DNA of 64,000 nt, taken from positions 11,904,001-11,968,000 of the forward strand of contig JAYWIR010000001.1 of NCBI GenBank assembly GCA_036172245.1, read 5' to 3'. The translations under genes and the position numbers were made by a program. Position 1 is the stretch's first letter; each line of letters starts with the position of its first letter. The notes below the pieces were generated by a model. That model worked only from the letters and a program-made list of their open reading frames with translations, did not search any database and was not told the origin of the DNA. This document shows, in pieces, positions 24,801 to 38,100 of the stretch. Source of the stretch: Raillietiella orientalis. Taxonomy: Eukaryota.

Positions 24801-27629
24801 ACGTGCTTTCCTGGTCGGCCCGGTAGGCCAGCCGCCCGCTGGTAGGACGTCACAGAGCTTCTCTTACGGCGACTACCGGTGGTGATGCAGGCGATCGATC
24901 GCTCCGGACATCACCGCCGGAGTCCCGAAATCCGAATCGGGATAGCAGAATGGCGGCGGAAACTGCCGAAGGTTCCCGCCCTTCCCGAAAGTAGGCACGA
25001 CATGTGTGCCCAGGACCGAACGGATCCGACGAAAGCTGAGAGATGAAGGAGCCGAGATTCCCGTTAGCATCCGGTCTGCAGGCGACGGCCGAAGTGTAGG
25101 ACTCAGCTCTTCCGCCGTGCCTTGAGGTGCAGAAGCCAACGCGGTCCGCACCTCGGGAAGTTGTACGTGGGACCCATCTTAACAGATGGCGTCCTTCCGG
25201 CAAAACGGAAAAAAAAAAAAAAAAGGTAAAAATAAAATGCGACGTTCTTCAAGTGCTGGCAGACCCTCTCACCGCTCACCGCGGCTGCGCGGAAGACCTT
25301 GATTTCGCTTCAGCGTCTGCGATCGCCAAGCCGCAGAATTAACAGGAAGGGAAAGATTCATTTTTTAAAACAAAACAACAATAGCAAAAAACAGGAACCC
25401 AAAAAAACGGAGGAAGGTGACCTTCCCGGCCAGCTTAACGAATTTCCAGGAGGAAACTTCGACAAAGCTTCGAATGCACGCGCGCACCTCAGAACCCGCG
25501 CAGATTTCGCGCGTGCGCCGGCGCGCGTGAGAACCGTCCCGGAACGAGGTCGACCGGGAAGGGGATGATGGGGAGGAAAGGGAGGAGGGGGGAAGGGGTT
25601 GGCAGAGAAAGAGCAAACTCGGAATTCGCGCTCCGTCGCGCGCGCGCGCGCGGCGCCTGCCGCCGCCACGGAAGGAAGCCGCGCGCGTTTCGCGATTCGC
25701 TGCGGTCCTCCTCCTCTTCCTGGTGCGTTCGCGCGGGAGGTCTGCGCTCGCCTGCTGATAACGCGCGCAAGCGCCCCGGGGCTCATTCATGGCGTAGCGG
25801 CTGCGAATAAAGGACGCCTGCGACTCTCCCAGCACTTTGGGCTTCCCGGTGGCTCTGCCGCGCCTGCGCGAAGTGCTCGGGGCCCCGCCGCTCGGCGACG
25901 ACCTTCGCCGGCAGCGCGAGCACGCCTCCTGGGGTGAGCCGCGGGTCCTCCGTATCTTCGCCAGCGCGATAGGAGCGATAAGGAGGAAGAGACGCGCTCT
26001 TCGCGCTTCCGGATGGCTTCCGGGCCGGGTGCCTCCGCCCTTCGAGGCCACTCCGGAAGAGGCGTGAGCTTCCGTGGTCCGCGAGCGCCCGCCGTCCCTC
26101 CGGCAACCCTGCTTGCCTCCTTCCTGGAACCTTCCCAGCTCCGGCTAGGGAGGAGGAACCGGGTGTGGAGGAAGGACGGGTGCGAGCCGTAAAGGATAGA
26201 TCCGAAGGGGGAGCCGCGCGTGGCGGCGGCTGCGGCGCTACGGACCCGTCCTGTGCCGAATGATGCGAGCCGGTGGTGCTGCGAGAAGAGCCGCCTTGCG
26301 TGCATCCCCCCCTTCCCCTCCCCTCCTCCTCTTCCTCTTCTCTCCCACCCATCCCGCTGCTCCCTCTCCGGGACGCCTGCGGGTGACGATCCGAGGCGGA
26401 TTCCTGCCAGCTCCTCCCGTGCGTGACTGATTAGACCATCCGCAGACGCTGGCGCCACCACAGATTTCGCTTTCACTTCCGTGCCCCCGGATCGCGGACT
26501 CTCGAAAATAGAACTTGGGGGTGGGCCAAGCCGCTCCGGTCTCGGGGAGCCGCGGCGGTCGATCTTTCCCTGGCGCTCTTGGAGTGATGCGAGCCGCCTC
26601 CCAGCCGGCCGGCGATCCTAACGACCCGCTCTTTCCCGCAATGAGGCCGGTCCGCTTTGCAAAGTTGCGGGAAGAAGAACGAGGAAAGGAGGAGGGAGAG
26701 GAAGAGGGAAAGCGAGGAAGAGAAGGAAGGCGAAGAGGGGGAACGGGGTGAATGCCCTCCCTCACCACGGGCGGACTAAGGAAAGTGGTGCGAGCCTCAG
26801 AGTCAGATGGGAAGGCATGGAGCTGTGTAGACGGTCCCCGCCGCTTCCGACCTAGAGGGGGGACAGGAATCGCTCCGTGCCCTCCTGCTGGTTGCAGGGG
26901 GCTTCGGGCCGCGATGGGGAAGAGGAGACGGGCCGTCGCGCGGGGGGGGCAATCCCTCAGCGGGCGGATTCTGGTCTGATCTCCTTCGCCCCTCTGCGCT
27001 GCCCCTTCCGAGAACTACGGGGTGGGGATGAAAGATATCCTTCTGGAGGACGCTGCTTTCAGCTTCGCCTGCTGAGCCTGTACTCCCCCGGAACGTTCCT
27101 CCCCACTTCTCCTCCTCCCCTTCCTAGAGGGGACAGCGGCAGCATCGTTCCCTCCTCCCCACCCGGGAGTCTTTCGCCCTCCGGAAAGCAGAGACCAAAG
27201 TCCCGTTGTCCAGGTAAAACCCAAGAGGAAGGAAAGGAACAGGGACGTGTTCTGGAAAAGGCGGATTCTCCCTGGATCCGCATTTTCTAGGCCTCCAGAC
27301 AGAAGAAGGACGGGAAACTGAAAGGGCGCTTCCGGTCCGAGGGAAAAACAGACAGCTCGGCTAGCTACTGTATCCTGGAGGCGGGGCCCTCCGCGTCCCT
27401 GCTCCCGGAGGAAGGCGAGCTTCGTCCCTTTCCTTGGGGTGTGGCCAGAAGGGAGGTGAGGTGGCGAGGGAGCTCACTCCCGCGCTCTCCTCATCCCCTC
27501 TCCACACCCCAACCCGCTCCCGAAATCGAGAGGCAGCCGCGGCCTCGGACGACCCGCCCCCTCTTTATTTCCCGCATCGGGAGCGACCTGCCAGCGCCCC
27601 AGGAGTGGGAGTGGGTGGGGTGGAACCGG

Positions 27630-30600
27630 TCAAGCCGCCCTCCTCCTCCTCCTCCTCCTCCTCCTTCTCCCGCTCCATAGGTCGAAGAGCAGGAAACAGG
27701 AGTGAAAGCGGAAGATGACCATGAGAGGGAAGCTCAGCTTCTGCACCACCGTCCAGACTAAGGGGCCGTAGCAGTGGCTCTGCAGGCTCTCGCCGTCCGC
27801 GTCCGAGGCGAAGAGTTCCATGAGGAGGAAGGTGGCGTTGAAGAAGAGGATCACCAGTGCCACCTGGCCGACCGGGGAGGAGGCGCTGTCCCTGCGCGAG
27901 GCCTCGCTGGTGAAGATGACCTGCATCGCGACCTGCACGTCCAGCAGAGCGCAGTGGAGGAGGAGCAGAATGCTGGAGAGGCGGTCCAGCTCCGGCAGCG
28001 CAGGCACCGCGGAGAACGCGGCAAAGGCATGGAAGCCACACTGGCCGACACCCACGAGCATCCGGTCGAGGACGGGGAGCTGCCTGCCCGGCAGCGCCGG
28101 CAGGCCGCTAGCCCGGAAGGTCCCGGCGACCTCTGCCGCGATGGTGGCGCACAGGAAGACCATCTTGCCGACTCGCACGATGACATCCAGGTTCGGGAAT
28201 TCCCCTGGGTACTGCCGCTTCAGGTGGTGCAGGATTGTCAGAACGACGCCGCAGGCGAGCACCAGCAGGCCGAGGAGCGCAGCCTTGGCGGAGTGGCGCC
28301 GTGGACGCTCGCTCCGAACGCTCTCGACCAGCATCCTGCTCCTCTTCTTCCTCTCCACTCGCAGCCACAGGTTCAGGACGATGGCGATGGTCAGCAAGCT
28401 GGGTCAAATTTCAGGCCGCTGTTTCTCACAGGAGAGGGAGAAACAGGGAAGAGAAGGAAAGGGAGGGAGAGAAGGAAAAAGTGGATGAGGATGAGGGAGG
28501 ATCTATCTATTTATTGGTATCTCAGCTGCTGCTGCTGCTGCTGATGGTGGTGGTGGTGATGAAGCAGTGACAATGATTACAGTGGTAATGAGAGTGGTAG
28601 CGGCATCAATAAGGTAGAGGAGGAGGAAGAGAAACAGGAGTAGGAGAGGAAGGTGAAAGTCGGAACAGGAAAGGATGGTGGGTCCAGGAAGTGGAGAACA
28701 CGGAGATCGGGAGGAGCAGTGTCAACTCACTTGTAGCTCGTGACCACGGGGAAGAAGATCCCAGACGCTCGCGTCCACATCTTCCCGAGAGCGGACCGCT
28801 CGTAGCAGGGAGCGTCTGGCGCAGCAGCACTGCTGCCGTTGCCCCTGTGACCTCCTCCGCCTCCTGGAGGAGAAGGGGCGACCGTCGGGACGGCGGTCGT
28901 CGGCTCCGGAAGGTAGAACGGGACGTCACCGAAAGGAGCTCGTAGGCGGAAGGCAGCCATCCCTCCGCCAGAGGTGCTTTCCGACCCCCCCGCCTGCTGC
29001 GAAGCCCTCGAAATCTCCCAGGCGATCTGGTCCAGGCAGAGTGCGCAGTTGGTGGCAACCATGTGGGCGTATCCGAACTGAACGAGGTCTCCCAGCCTGG
29101 TGACCACCGTCTGGAAGCAGCAACTCGGGGATCACAGCGGAAAAGGAAGGGGTAGGGAAGGAGGAAGAGAAAGAAAAGTGGGAAGGGGATGAAGGGTCCC
29201 TCGCTTCCAGCAGATTCCGTTTGCCTCCCAGGGAGCAAGGGGAGCAGTGGCTGCTGCACGGGCCACAGCAAGTCCCAGGTTTTCTCTCACTTCTTAGGAA
29301 ACGGGAGCGCCGATGAGGAGGTCCGGGAAGGGGGAGAGATCCGCACAGGGACGCCACGGATTTGGGATGCCTCCCTGAGCGGGAATCCCAGTCTGGCGCC
29401 GTGGAAACGACGACGAGCAGCGATGGCGCGATCTCTGGTCAGGAGAAGCCGGGGGGATGGAAGAGATGGGACGATCCTTCCGGATTTGGGGGACAGGTCC
29501 CGATCCTGGGCCGCAACGCTTTGCATGGGCTTCTCAGGTGCCTTCGGCAGAAAGCACCCCGCTGTCTCGCTCGACTAGCATCATCCCTGCCAAGGCTCCC
29601 TATGGTGCCATCTACCATTCCGTCTCAGAAGCTCATGAACCACGAGAGACGGAAGGCGGCCTTCCCACCCGTCCGCCCCGTGTCAGGACTGCGCCTATCG
29701 CTCCGAACGCACTCGCAGTTTTTCTTTTCCTCACTTGGGGAAGGTCCGCGCCTCCGCTGAGAAGACAAGGCTTGGAGGGAACACGAGAGCCCTGCCCCTC
29801 CCCCCTCCCAATAGCATCACCCTTTACGTGGAGATGACAAAGCAAACCACTCAGCGTGCCCCTCCCCCCACATGAAGAGAGTGCTAAACTATCTCCTACC
29901 CAATATCTACGAGCACGCTTTCCTCCAAACGATCGTTTCCCTCTACGGGCACCACCGCAGCAAATGGGTTGTCCAACGGCAGACCCTGATAGGAGAGCAC
30001 CCGGGGTTCAGGAACTCGACGAGCCGCTCCCTCAAAGTGCGGAGGCTCCAGGAAGACTGGAGGAATGTGCATATTTTGACCTCCGTCGCTCTACTTCCCT
30101 CCTGATAGGGAGGACCCCCACATGCATCTTTGCTCCTCCCGGACGCCGGAGCAGCGCAGAACGTTTGCCGGTGCTGCCATCTCGGGAAGCAGGGACGACG
30201 CGCTTCCTGAGGGGTGTCAGGATGGCCTCCGTAGCCAGGGACGCGATAGCAGCGTTTCGCGCAATCACGGCAGCCGAAGCTGCAGGGATTTCTCGCTGCT
30301 TCCTTCGGGAAGACGAGCTGAACCCCTGGTGAGCGCGGGAGGCTTCCCGGGGGAACCCGCGAAGAGACCTCCTCCTCCGCCACCGTCCGGAGGGTTTCGC
30401 GTGGTAGCCGCCGCCGAATTGGCACGTGGAAGCGGCGCCTTCAGCCTGCCAGCTCTGAGGCGGAATCTCCTCCAGGATGTGCCGTGCCTTCCTCCCCTAC
30501 CCGTAATGGACCTCTTCCTGGAAGGATAGAGGGGGATCTCTGCCCGTCGTAAAGCCGCGAACAACAGCAACTGGAAACCCTGGAAGCAGCGAATTTTCAG

Positions 30601-33600
30601 GGGAGAGGGAGGAGGAGGGGAAGAGGAGCAGGTGTGGGCGGTGCGCCACCTCGCGACTGCCCCTCGAACGAAACGAAGCAAACAAGCAAACGTGAAGTTT
30701 CGCGCACACGAGCGCAGACTCACACCGCCACCCTTCCCCTCGTTTGCACCTCTCTTCCCGACGGTAGGCTCCGGCAGCCTCTCTCAAGCTAATTCTATGG
30801 ATCGCCCCTCTCCCGGAAAATTCATGGCAGATTCGATCTACTTGCTGCTGCCTCTGTTTTTTTTTGTTGTTGTTCTTGGTAACGAAGGTGTCTGCCGTCG
30901 CGGTGCTCGTAGGAGGAGCTCACTTCCTGTGGCAGCGGGGCGCGACATCAGCTGGAATGGCTGCCAGCTACCACCCAACTGCACCAGGAAGGACGTAGTC
31001 ATGGAAACCCGGAACTTGGCCCGCACTCAGGGGTTCGCAAGATAAACAACATGCATTTCGGCGGTCCTAGGGACAGAGGGCAGCGAAGATTTCGACTCTG
31101 AAGGGGGAGTAAGAGCCTTCCTTATGTCCCTATCTGTCCTCGGTCCCGGAGCAGACCGTGGCATTCGCGTACGACCGGAACGGCGCACGTCTGGGAGCCG
31201 CAGCAACGAGACTGCGCGCGGAAGGGCAAGCTGTGCGCGAGCGTAGTCGACAGGATGGGATGACCCTTCGGGTCGAACCGCCGGAAGCCGTCTTTCGTAT
31301 CGGCCTCAGGCGAGCCTCGAGGAAAGGCTGCCTTTTTTCACTTATCACACTCACCTCAGGATTGATGAACAGGAAGTGCATCTGAAAGGACAGGAAGAAG
31401 ATCTGCAGGACCGACGACGAGAATGCGGTGTCGCTGATGCATGGGGAGTCACTGCCCACGTAGGCCGCTATCTCCAGGCAGTGGAACAGCAGGCACCCGA
31501 ACCAAAACGCTGCAACAGCAGGAAAACGGGACTCAGCACATCCCTCTTCCTTCCAGGCCAGCGATCCACTGCATCATCCCCACGCAGTCCCAGCCATGAG
31601 ACCCTGATGCACATCCTCTTTCGCTCGAGGAAGCCGTTTCCCTCATCCGGAGAGTCCATTTCCGTCGGGCCCTCGCCTCCTCGATCATCTCTCGCGTGTG
31701 CTCCCAGATAGGCGACACATGACAGAGAAAGGGGTGAGCTCTTGCCCCGTTGACAGTGATTTCGTGGATGCCATCCAGGGTTGATCAAACATCCCGAGAT
31801 TAGAGAGACTGACCAGGGGAAGCAGCGCTCGGAAAGAAGAGGTGACAACAAGTGGAACAACGGCACGGTGCTCTGGAGATCGTGATGGCCTCAGGTACTT
31901 TCGCTCTCCGAGCGCCGCATGATCCTTTCATACTCTTCCTAATATTATGCCTCTTTTGGAGGGGTGAGTTGCCTCCCCCCTCCCTTTTTTTTTTCTGTGT
32001 GGGTAGGCATCAAGTCTGATTCCGCTGGCCGTTCCTCTCTGGCCGTTTGAAGACGCGAGATCTGCACTCGAAGAGTTTGTTGGCATCATGTTCTCTGCGG
32101 GGGCACATTTTTTTCTTTGCTCCTCCATCATTTCTTTCGGCCCAGAGAGAGCTCTAGATCTTCTCAAAGGAAACCCTGGCTGCGTCTGCAAGCGCGTCGG
32201 AATCAGGTACGGTAGTTACAAAAGAGGAAAGAGGAAGAAAAAAGGAGGAAGAGGACGAGGAGGAAGGGGGGAGGAAGGAAGGAGCAGGAGCAGGAAAGCG
32301 TTCAGGTGCTCTCGGGATTGATCGAACTCGGATGGATGGTGAGGGCAACCTGCTCGCAGTCAGCCTGGCGGGTTGCGAGGGATGAACCTCTTGAGAAGGT
32401 CAGCCCTTCCGGGGGAAAAGGAATTCTGTCCGAGCACGACGAGTCCCCCGAGGGCGGAAAACAGGAAGCGAACGCGCTGGGGGTGTGGCGACAATGACCG
32501 ACGCAAGCAGGGAGGGTCCGAGGGTCAGGTGGAGACTTGGAACGGAACGCCTAAAGTGGGGAGATGGCACCGGATTTCTGAATGGGCCGTCATTGTGATT
32601 GGGGCTGCACCGGCAGCGGTGCGGAAACTCTCCCGGAACTCCCCGTCCTCCCATTCGCTGACGCGCCATGACATCATTTATGACGCTCCCCTTCTGCTCG
32701 TTTCTCTTTCGGCAGCTTCCTTTTCATGCTGTTCCGCGTTCTGCTTGCTCCCGCACCGGATCAGCGGAAGAAGGCCGAAGTGGCTTGAGAGAGGCGTTGC
32801 TCGCGGGAAGATCCGACGTCGACTTTACCCTGGGTGGTGGAGGGGGGGAGGACAAGCCCTGGTAGGTGAGGAGCAGGCGCGATTTCAACGAAAGAGCGGG
32901 AGGAAAAAAAGGGTGAGGAAGAACTGTTTCGGTAGAAGCGGAGAGACCCGGAGGAAGCGACTGAGGGACGCGTCGTCTCTGGGCGCGTCTACGCGATAAG
33001 GGAGGTTCTCCGTCCTGCCTGCGGCAGTCCTCGCTGCAGAGGAATCTCCGGCCGCCAGGTCTCCAAGGTCACTGGAGCCGAGTCCCTAGTCGCGCCTTCC
33101 GGTCCAGAGAGCACAGGGGCGAGAGCCTCTCGGCGGTGCCTCGCCATCACTCGTCCGGGACGGACAGGCTATCGGTGAAGACGCGGCGAAGGGGGAAGGG
33201 AAATCCTGCACCCTCGGTTACCTATTGCCGCCATCCTCATCGGGAAGGGCGCCCTCGAGAAAGAGGACTTCCAGGTGTGCACCTTGCTGAGGGTCTGCAG
33301 GCCGCTCAGCAGCTCCGAGTGGCCGTTCCTCCCGGGATTGTCTCTGTGCAGTCGCGGGGACTTAGAGAAGCTGTCTTTGATGAGAAGCACGTAGATGACG
33401 AAGATGACGAACATGCTGCCCGTGTACAGGTACAGCAGGTAGAACGTCTATGCGCGGAACTGGTCGTCAGCGAGGAATGCTTGGGGGGGGGGGGGACGGC
33501 GACCCCACACTCACGTAGAAGACGGTGCATTCCTCGTGAGTCGCCAACAGCCTGGACACGAAGGCCACCAGGACCAGGAAGATCAGCAGGTTGGCGTAAA

Positions 33601-33857
33601 CTGCCGCGCTGCTCAGCCACAAGGAACTCACCCTGAGGGGGGAAGGTCGCGGTCCCGCGGCCTGAAGAGAACCAGGCTTACCCTGGGCGCTCCTCCTGCG
33701 CTAGGCAGCTCCGGCCGTAGCCCTTCTCGAAGGGACCGACGCCGCAGGCCAGTCCGAAACTCCGGAGGGAGGACCTCTGCAGCTTCCCCTGGCGGCTGAC
33801 CGCCCTCTCAGGGCAGTCGTACGCAGCCGCCCTGCTTCCGCCATCCAGGTTCGCCAT
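27630..33857 (-). CDS. otopetrin-family proton channel, 6 exons, ~600 aa
   Basis: Exons 33857-33682, 33632-33515, 33447-33222, 31509-31355, 29110-28731 and 28398-27630 join in frame with GT-AG borders. Otopetrin-like motifs: SAAVYANLL, FYLLYLYTGSM, MRMAAIAFWFG, FQMHFLFIN, FGYAHMVATN, LDRMLV, VQVAMQVIF, CYGPLVWTVVQKLSFPLMVIFRFHS. Confidence 0.9.
29820..30100 (+). mobile_element. LINE ORF1-like (RRM) relic, antisense within an otopetrin intron
   Basis: KRVLNYLLPNIYEHAFLQTIVSLYG...VVQRQTLIGEHPGFRNSTSRSLKVR resembles the second RRM of Tx1/L1-type ORF1p (pattern recognition only). Confidence 0.45.
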
Positions 33858-34374
33858 GATCCGGACAGCTGAGCTTCTTCAACGCGTGACGTCACTAGAG
33901 GCGACATTGCAGATGCGGAAACTGTGCGCGCGGGGAAGGGAGAAGACAGAGGGTCCTCCTGTGCGGAGTAGGAAGTGCATTGCGGAAGTAGGAGGGAGGG
34001 TCTAACCCCCTTTTTTTCCCCTTTCGATGACCAAAACGTTTTGGATGATGCCCGACGGGGCTGCAAACTGGTCCGGGAACACCCGAGCCACTCCCTCTCA
34101 TGAGGCAGAGAGTGGCTAGGTTCCTCCTCCCTCCTTCCGAAAGACTCCACTCGAGCAGCAAGAAGGTCCGAGAAAGGGGCTGGGACGGGGTCTCCAGGAA
34201 GGCTTCGGGACACCGCATCAAGGGGCATAGGGAGCCGACGCGTTCAGAAGGCCTCGCGGGCACACCGAGCGGGGGAAGAAGAAAGTTGGTCAGGAAAGCG
34301 GTCAGCAGGGAAACCGCGATTTATCCCCTCTCCCCTCGCGAGGATTGTGGTAGGTGGTCGCGCGCGCTGGAATG

Positions 34375-34491
34375 GAGGTCATCGAAACGGAACGAAGTGC
34401 AAAGGAGGCGCCTGTCCACCTCCATTTCATCCGTCTCGAGTCTGCCAGCTTCCATTAGGAGCGTCGGAGCCCCTGGCCGTCCAGAAAGGCG
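34375..34491. repeat. 117-bp segment duplicated at 37872-37988
   Basis: gaggtcatcgaaacggaacgaagtgcaaagg...ccagaaaggcg is present twice in the same orientation with 4 mismatches. Confidence 0.92.
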
Positions 34492-34989
34492 GAAGACTCC
34501 CTCCAAGGACAACAACCTGCTCCCCCAGGGAGCGCACGGGAGGAGGGACATGTGACTCCAGAACAGCGAACTGCGAGCCTGAGGGATGAAAGGTGAGCAG
34601 ACCAGTTGGAGGAAAAAGGTGAATGCCCGAAGGGCTTTCACCTAACTGCGAGTCGGAGGGGGAAGAGGAGGAAGGAGGAAACACAGGAGGAAGGGAAGAA
34701 GGAAGGCAGTGAAAGAGGAGGAGAAGACGAGGACGTGAGAAACGGAAGCAGATGATAAGGAGGTGTATCTTCCAGGACCGTGGACGCTTCCAGTCGCTCC
34801 GCTGCTCTCACTTTCGAAGGCGACCGCGCACGCGCGCTCGAGCTCATCCGCGACTGCGCGGTGCGCTGCACTGACGGCGTTCCGCCGTTACGGACGGGTG
34901 CTCCGGGGCGGCGGCGACGGCGGCGATGCACGGGAGCGCTCGTCAACAGAAATCTCCCTCTTCTCCCCCCTTCCTTCCCCGGAGAAGGA

Positions 34990-35260
34990 GCCGTGCCCAC
35001 GCAACGAGGAGACGCTGGAATGCCCTCGGGGAGGTCGAGGATGCAGAGGAGTTGCATCCTGGACATCCTTCATGTCAATACGGATCGATATAGGACTAGA
35101 GGGAGACCTGTGGAAGCTTCCCGCATCCTCGAGAAGGGTAAGGGAGCGCCCCTGGATCCTCAAAGTCCTCTTCCGACCCCTTTATCCTTCCCTGGCTGGA
35201 GGCAACGCACCCTATCGACCTTGCGCCCTTCCACTTCGCTCAAGACCCGGTTCGTCTGCG
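34990..35260 (-). mobile_element. LINE ORF1-like (RRM1-RRM2 start) relic
   Basis: Frameshifted VEGRKVDRVRCLQPGKDKG..DFEDP...LLCILDLPEGIP resembles Tx1-type ORF1p. Confidence 0.4.
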
Positions 35261-37299
35261 CCTGCGCCCGCTCTCCTGACGCGACAACGCCTCCCGGAGT
35301 GTCTCTCGGCCCCTGTTGGGAGGGAAAACCGGCGGGAGAGGTTGGCTCTGCGAACACGGAGCGCGGTGACGAAGGGATGCCGCCTGCGAGCGGAGAGGCG
35401 GCAGCATCCTCGGAAATCCGCCTTGCTCCCACAACCTCCCAAGAGGCAAGAGGAACATCTTCCCACCCCTCTCTCCTCCTCCTTCGCCCCCTCCCCCTTC
35501 TTCCTGTCTGGGACGCCGGGAGGCAGCGCGCCAGCAACCATAGCGCGTCCGAGTCTTCGAGATGCTGCTGGGCGGCCGCGGCGACGAGGAGACCGGCGTG
35601 AGACGCGGCCCCCTAGCAGCCGAGGACCCCCCGAGCATGAGAGGAAGGAGGCAGTAATACTCACGAGAGGCTGGGGTCTAGATGACATGCCGAAGAGACG
35701 GGACGCAGCTGTTGCTCTCTCCCTCCGTGGTCGCTTTCGCTCTTCCTGGAGTAGGGCTCGCCTAGGCCGCCGCCGCCTGCGTTCGGGAGGGCCCGGCGCT
35801 TTCCTTGGGGTCACGGGGACGTCGCCTCCGAACCCTCTGCCATTCGGGGGCTCCTTCTTTCTCTGGTGCCGCCGCCTCTCCCGCTCCTCTTTGCCGATCG
35901 CTCCTTTCCTGCCCCTGGGGGATTCCTGCCACTGGCTACGAGAGCGACTTTCACCTCTTCCCTTCCTGTCGTTCCGCGGCCGAGTCCTCGCGGGCTGCTG
36001 CTGCAGAGAAACTGCGCATCCACCTGGAGGAGGTTGCCACCGGAGGCCGGACTTGCTACGGCTCAGCGGTCAAGGTGCCCTCGGGGCTCCGGATCCCGAA
36101 ATACACAAAGGAGCGTTGCTTAGCAGCCCCGTGACCACTCACGTGTGATCTCTAATTATCGCCCCGCAACTCCAGGGAGCGTCCCTTTCCCTCCCCTCCC
36201 CTACCACCTGACCCCTCGAGTCCAACGCGCGCTCCCTGCCTGGGAAGGTCTCTACGGGGGCAGTTCCCGAGGGACATGGTCCTCTGCCCCTCGTCGCTTC
36301 TCCTCCCCCGAATAAGCAACGAACGAAGAATTAGGAAGGAGGGGAGAGGGGGCTTTTTTTGCTTCCGGAATTCCCACCCTACGTGGAAGGAGAGGGATGC
36401 GTTCTCCCGTCTCCGGGACCACTCTTTGAGGTGTCGCCGTGACCTCTCTTGTCCTTCCGGAGGAGTCGGACCTCCTTAGGGACGGACTGAGGAACCTTGG
36501 TCACCACGCTGGGCGACACCCCAGACCCCACTGCCTCGCCTTCTCTGGGAAAGATGCGGGGAGCCCCCAGCATCCGTTGCCCTGCTGCTGGGAGGGGGCC
36601 CGAGCGGGCGTCGGAAGGAGAAGAGGGAGGTGGGAAGCCTCGCCGAGTTCCCACCAGGGACGTGGCAGGGAGTTCCTTCCGCCTGCGCTTCCTCCTTCTT
36701 GATCCTCTTCCTCCGAGGTCTCCACCTCCTCCTCCTCCTCGGAAGGGGTCCTCCGTGCATGGGAGGCTGCTGGATCCTTCCACTACTTTTTCCCTCCTTC
36801 TTCCGTGGAGAAGATGGACGCGGAGAGGGGAAGCGCCAGGCTTCCCTTGCGCTCCCCGAGGGATCTTATCTCGGTCCCGGCAACGTGTGGAGGAGGCAAG
36901 AAGCTCGGAAGGCTGGCGCGCACGCTCGACTCGGCTCCCGGCACCTCCGCCCACAGAGCTGTCCCCCCTCCCTGATCCCGTTCGAGGGAGGCCCGCCCCG
37001 CGGCTCCTTTTCTGTAGCCGCCGCGCTCTTCCCGACCGACCGGGAGCGCACTCCAAGCTCGCCGACTAACGAGTTACCCCCGTGGGACTGCCTGTTGGGC
37101 GCGGAGTAGGTACCGTCCCTTCCATTTCTCACCTCTCAGGACTCGCGTGATTCCCGGGCCTGCTCCGCGCCCCGGTAGCGCGGCGGATTCAGAGAGTTTC
37201 CCGCCTTCCGATCGGGGAAGGCGGGAAACAGGGGAAGATGGAATCCCCTGCTGCCCCGCGGGTCCCGGAAAGTGCAGGGGGGAGGACCTCAGCTACAGC

Positions 37300-38100
37300 C
37301 CGCTTCGGGGGCCACGTGGTTGCTGAGATCTCTGCGCGTGGCGCCACCAGACGTCGCGCGTTCGAATCCCACCCGGGAAAGAATCGACGCCGAAAGGTGG
37401 GGGTGGAGGGTGCGCCATGGGTTAGAGTTTCTCCCGCGAGATGACGCTGGTTGGCCTGCATTCATTTGGGTGAGGCACCGGAAGCGGTTCAAACTGGATG
37501 CCCCCGATGGGTAGACGGGACAACGGGAGTCGACCTCCGGGTCCTTCCAGGAATCAAGGTGTGGGAGTTTCCCTCCGGTTGTGCAAAGGAATGGACTTTC
37601 TCCTCTCCCTTCGAGGGGAAACCTCCGTGTCGTAATATGAAGCTAGTGTGTCGCCACCTCTCCAGAGAGTGCAGAGCAGCGTGCCGCTCCCTTCAGGAAG
37701 CCCGCCCCTCTGAGGAAATTCGGAAGCGTCCCTTCGGAATCCTCCTCAGAGGAGCAAACAGAAAAGGTTCCCTTGCGGGTTCCCTTCGGAGAAGAAAAAA
37801 TGTAGCGGACCCCTACGGGGTTCCTCCGAAAAGAATAAGGAAGGAGATTCCCTTCGGAGACAACCAGGGTTGAGGTCATCGAAACGGAACGAAGTGCAAA
37901 GGAGGCGCCTGTCCACCTCCATTTCATCCCTCTCGAGTCTGCCAGCCTCCACCAGGAGCGTCGGAGCCCCTGGCCGTCCAGAAAGGCGAGAGATCCCTGG
38001 GGAGGGATTCCCTCCGGGGATCCCTCCCCAGGCGTGAAAGTAACGGACTCCGAGCTCTTTCTGGATCCATGGGGAGGTCCCCTGTGAATCCAGAAAGGGT
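37300..38100 (-). repeat. unclassified dispersed repeat, copy 2 (interrupted by a 117-bp insertion)
   Basis: Shares cggagtccgtt, ccctggttgtctc(c/t)gaaggga and ccgaagggacgcttccgaa blocks with the 46.3-kb and 63.2-kb copies. Confidence 0.75.

Noticed and set aside
27774..28544. Plus-strand ORFs of 222-256 aa
   Set aside because: Antisense shadows of the otopetrin terminal exon.
34763..36148. 461-aa plus-strand ORF
   Set aside because: Arg/Pro/Ser-rich with no domain, as expected by chance in very GC-rich DNA. The opposite strand carries the ORF1-like relics.
37310..37380. Functional tRNA gene (His-like)
   Set aside because: A B-box is present but no convincing acceptor or anticodon stems; treated as part of the dispersed repeat.
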